Shown: piece after piece, positions 55,482-56,206 of the stretch
Numbering within the stretch: position 1 is the stretch's first letter
Layout: every line of letters begins with the position of its first letter
Source: a virus
Lineage: Duplodnaviria; Caudoviricetes
Virus record (IMG/VR): IMGVR_UViG_3300030107_003883
Span: 1-56,206 of that record
Length of the DNA stretch: 56,206 bases
Reading direction: 5' to 3' (one strand)
Notes under the pieces: generated by a model
Told to the model about the DNA's origin: nothing
Seen by the model: only the letters and a program-made list of their open reading frames with translations
Databases searched by the model: none
Program-made: the position numbers and the translations under genes

Positions 55482-55533
55482 TGACTAAGCCCGTCCAACG
55501 GAAGATTTCTCTCCCCGCGGGCGGGTGAGGTCA
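55482..55533 (+). terminator. GC-rich stem-loop after the head genes (terminator or processing site)
   Basis: tgact-gcccgtcc/gggcgggt-ggtca. Confidence 0.4.
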
Positions 55534-55549
55534 ATAACAAAGGGAGAAT

Positions 55550-55738
55550 ATGGAAAAAGTTTTAGAAAAGAAAGTAGTAAAAAAAGTATCTACTCCTAAA
55601 GTAGATGCGCAGGTACAAGCTGTTGAAAAGCTAACTATGCTAAACTCAACACTTGTAGACCAAGTTAAAAGCTTATCTACAGAGATAGATAGCATTAAAG
55701 ATAAACTAAAGTTAGTCTCTAGTAGATTAGGTTTATAA
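55550..55738 (+). CDS. Small coiled-coil protein
   Basis: GGGAG RBS. Confidence 0.6.
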   Translation: MEKVLEKKVVKKVSTPKVDAQVQAVEKLTMLNSTLVDQVKSLSTEIDSIKDKLKLVSSRLGL

Positions 55739-55755
55739 CAAGGAGGTACTTCTCT

Positions 55756-55905
55756 ATGCCAAGTAAACAAAAATGTAGCATGATCGTAGATCCTGTTGAA
55801 AGAAAAAAGTGTGAAAACTATCAAGGCAAGTATGCTAAAAAAGCTGGTTCTCCAGCAAAAGCTCAAAAGAAAATGGTTAAACCTACAGGTGGTGGCTCTT
55901 ATTAA
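55756..55905 (+). CDS. 49-aa basic protein (not in ORF track)
   Basis: AGGAGG RBS; TAATG coupling. Confidence 0.6.
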   Translation: MPSKQKCSMIVDPVERKKCENYQGKYAKKAGSPAKAQKKMVKPTGGGSY

Positions 55906-56206
55906 TGATATTTAGTGACCAAGTTGAATCTTTAACAGGCATTACTATATCTGCTAGCGGCACTCATCCTACTAATGATCAGTTAACTCAATATTTAATA
56001 GATGGTGTATTAGATGTCACTGAAAAGTGGCTTATGAACCATCCTCAAGATAAAGAACTGTTTATGAATGAAACTGCATTGCAAACCTCTCAGGGGGCTG
56101 ATGTAGGCGGTGGAGATATTATATCTGTACTTCGTGCGGATGGAGTTACTGCTGGAAATTTTAGACCTTGTAGAAAAATATCTCCATCAATGCAATCACA
56201 AGTTAC
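55905..56206 (+). CDS. 5' part of the junction-spanning adaptor-like gene
   Basis: MIFSDQVESLTG...; continues in frame into positions 2-778. Confidence 0.75.
   Translation, partial: MIFSDQVESLTGITISASGTHPTNDQLTQYLIDGVLDVTEKWLMNHPQDKELFMNETALQTSQGADVGGGDIISVLRADGVTAGNFRPCRKISPSMQSQV
56109..56206. repeat. Terminal direct repeat, right copy
   Basis: Identical to positions 2-99. Confidence 0.95.

Noticed and set aside
55481-55528. 15-aa ORF ending GG-TGA
   Set aside because: No RBS, no SECIS-like hairpin, and it coincides with a stem-loop
1-56206. Genome-wide UGA reassignment as the explanation for the two in-frame TGAs
   Set aside because: TGA is used as a true stop in many ATGA/TGATG overlaps, and long genes contain no in-frame TGA

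Overview
Apparently complete (~56.1 kb, circular assembly; positions 2-99 = 56109-56206) AT-rich podovirus-like dsDNA phage genome in two divergent blocks. The + strand (44717 through the junction to 32066) carries TerS/TerL, a lysozyme-like protein, P22-type portal, scaffold, major capsid, decoration and adaptor proteins, tail fibres, small membrane/lysis genes, a metallophosphoesterase, a tail nozzle, and probable ejected core proteins, including a 3039-aa protein with two-barrel RNA polymerase motifs (RTP...DADFDLD). The - strand (44481 to 32117) carries early genes, a tRNA-Met(CAT), runs of tandem structured-RNA elements, a four-gene ubiquitin-like conjugation cassette (Ubl-E2-JAB-E1), and a replication module (circularly permuted P-loop NTPase, SSB, primase-helicase, resolvase). 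I saw no DNA polymerase or integrase. Two small ORFs absent from the ORF track each have a strong RBS, an in-frame UGA and an identically spaced SECIS-like hairpin, so they are candidate phage selenoproteins. All calls come from reading motifs by eye; no database searches were run.
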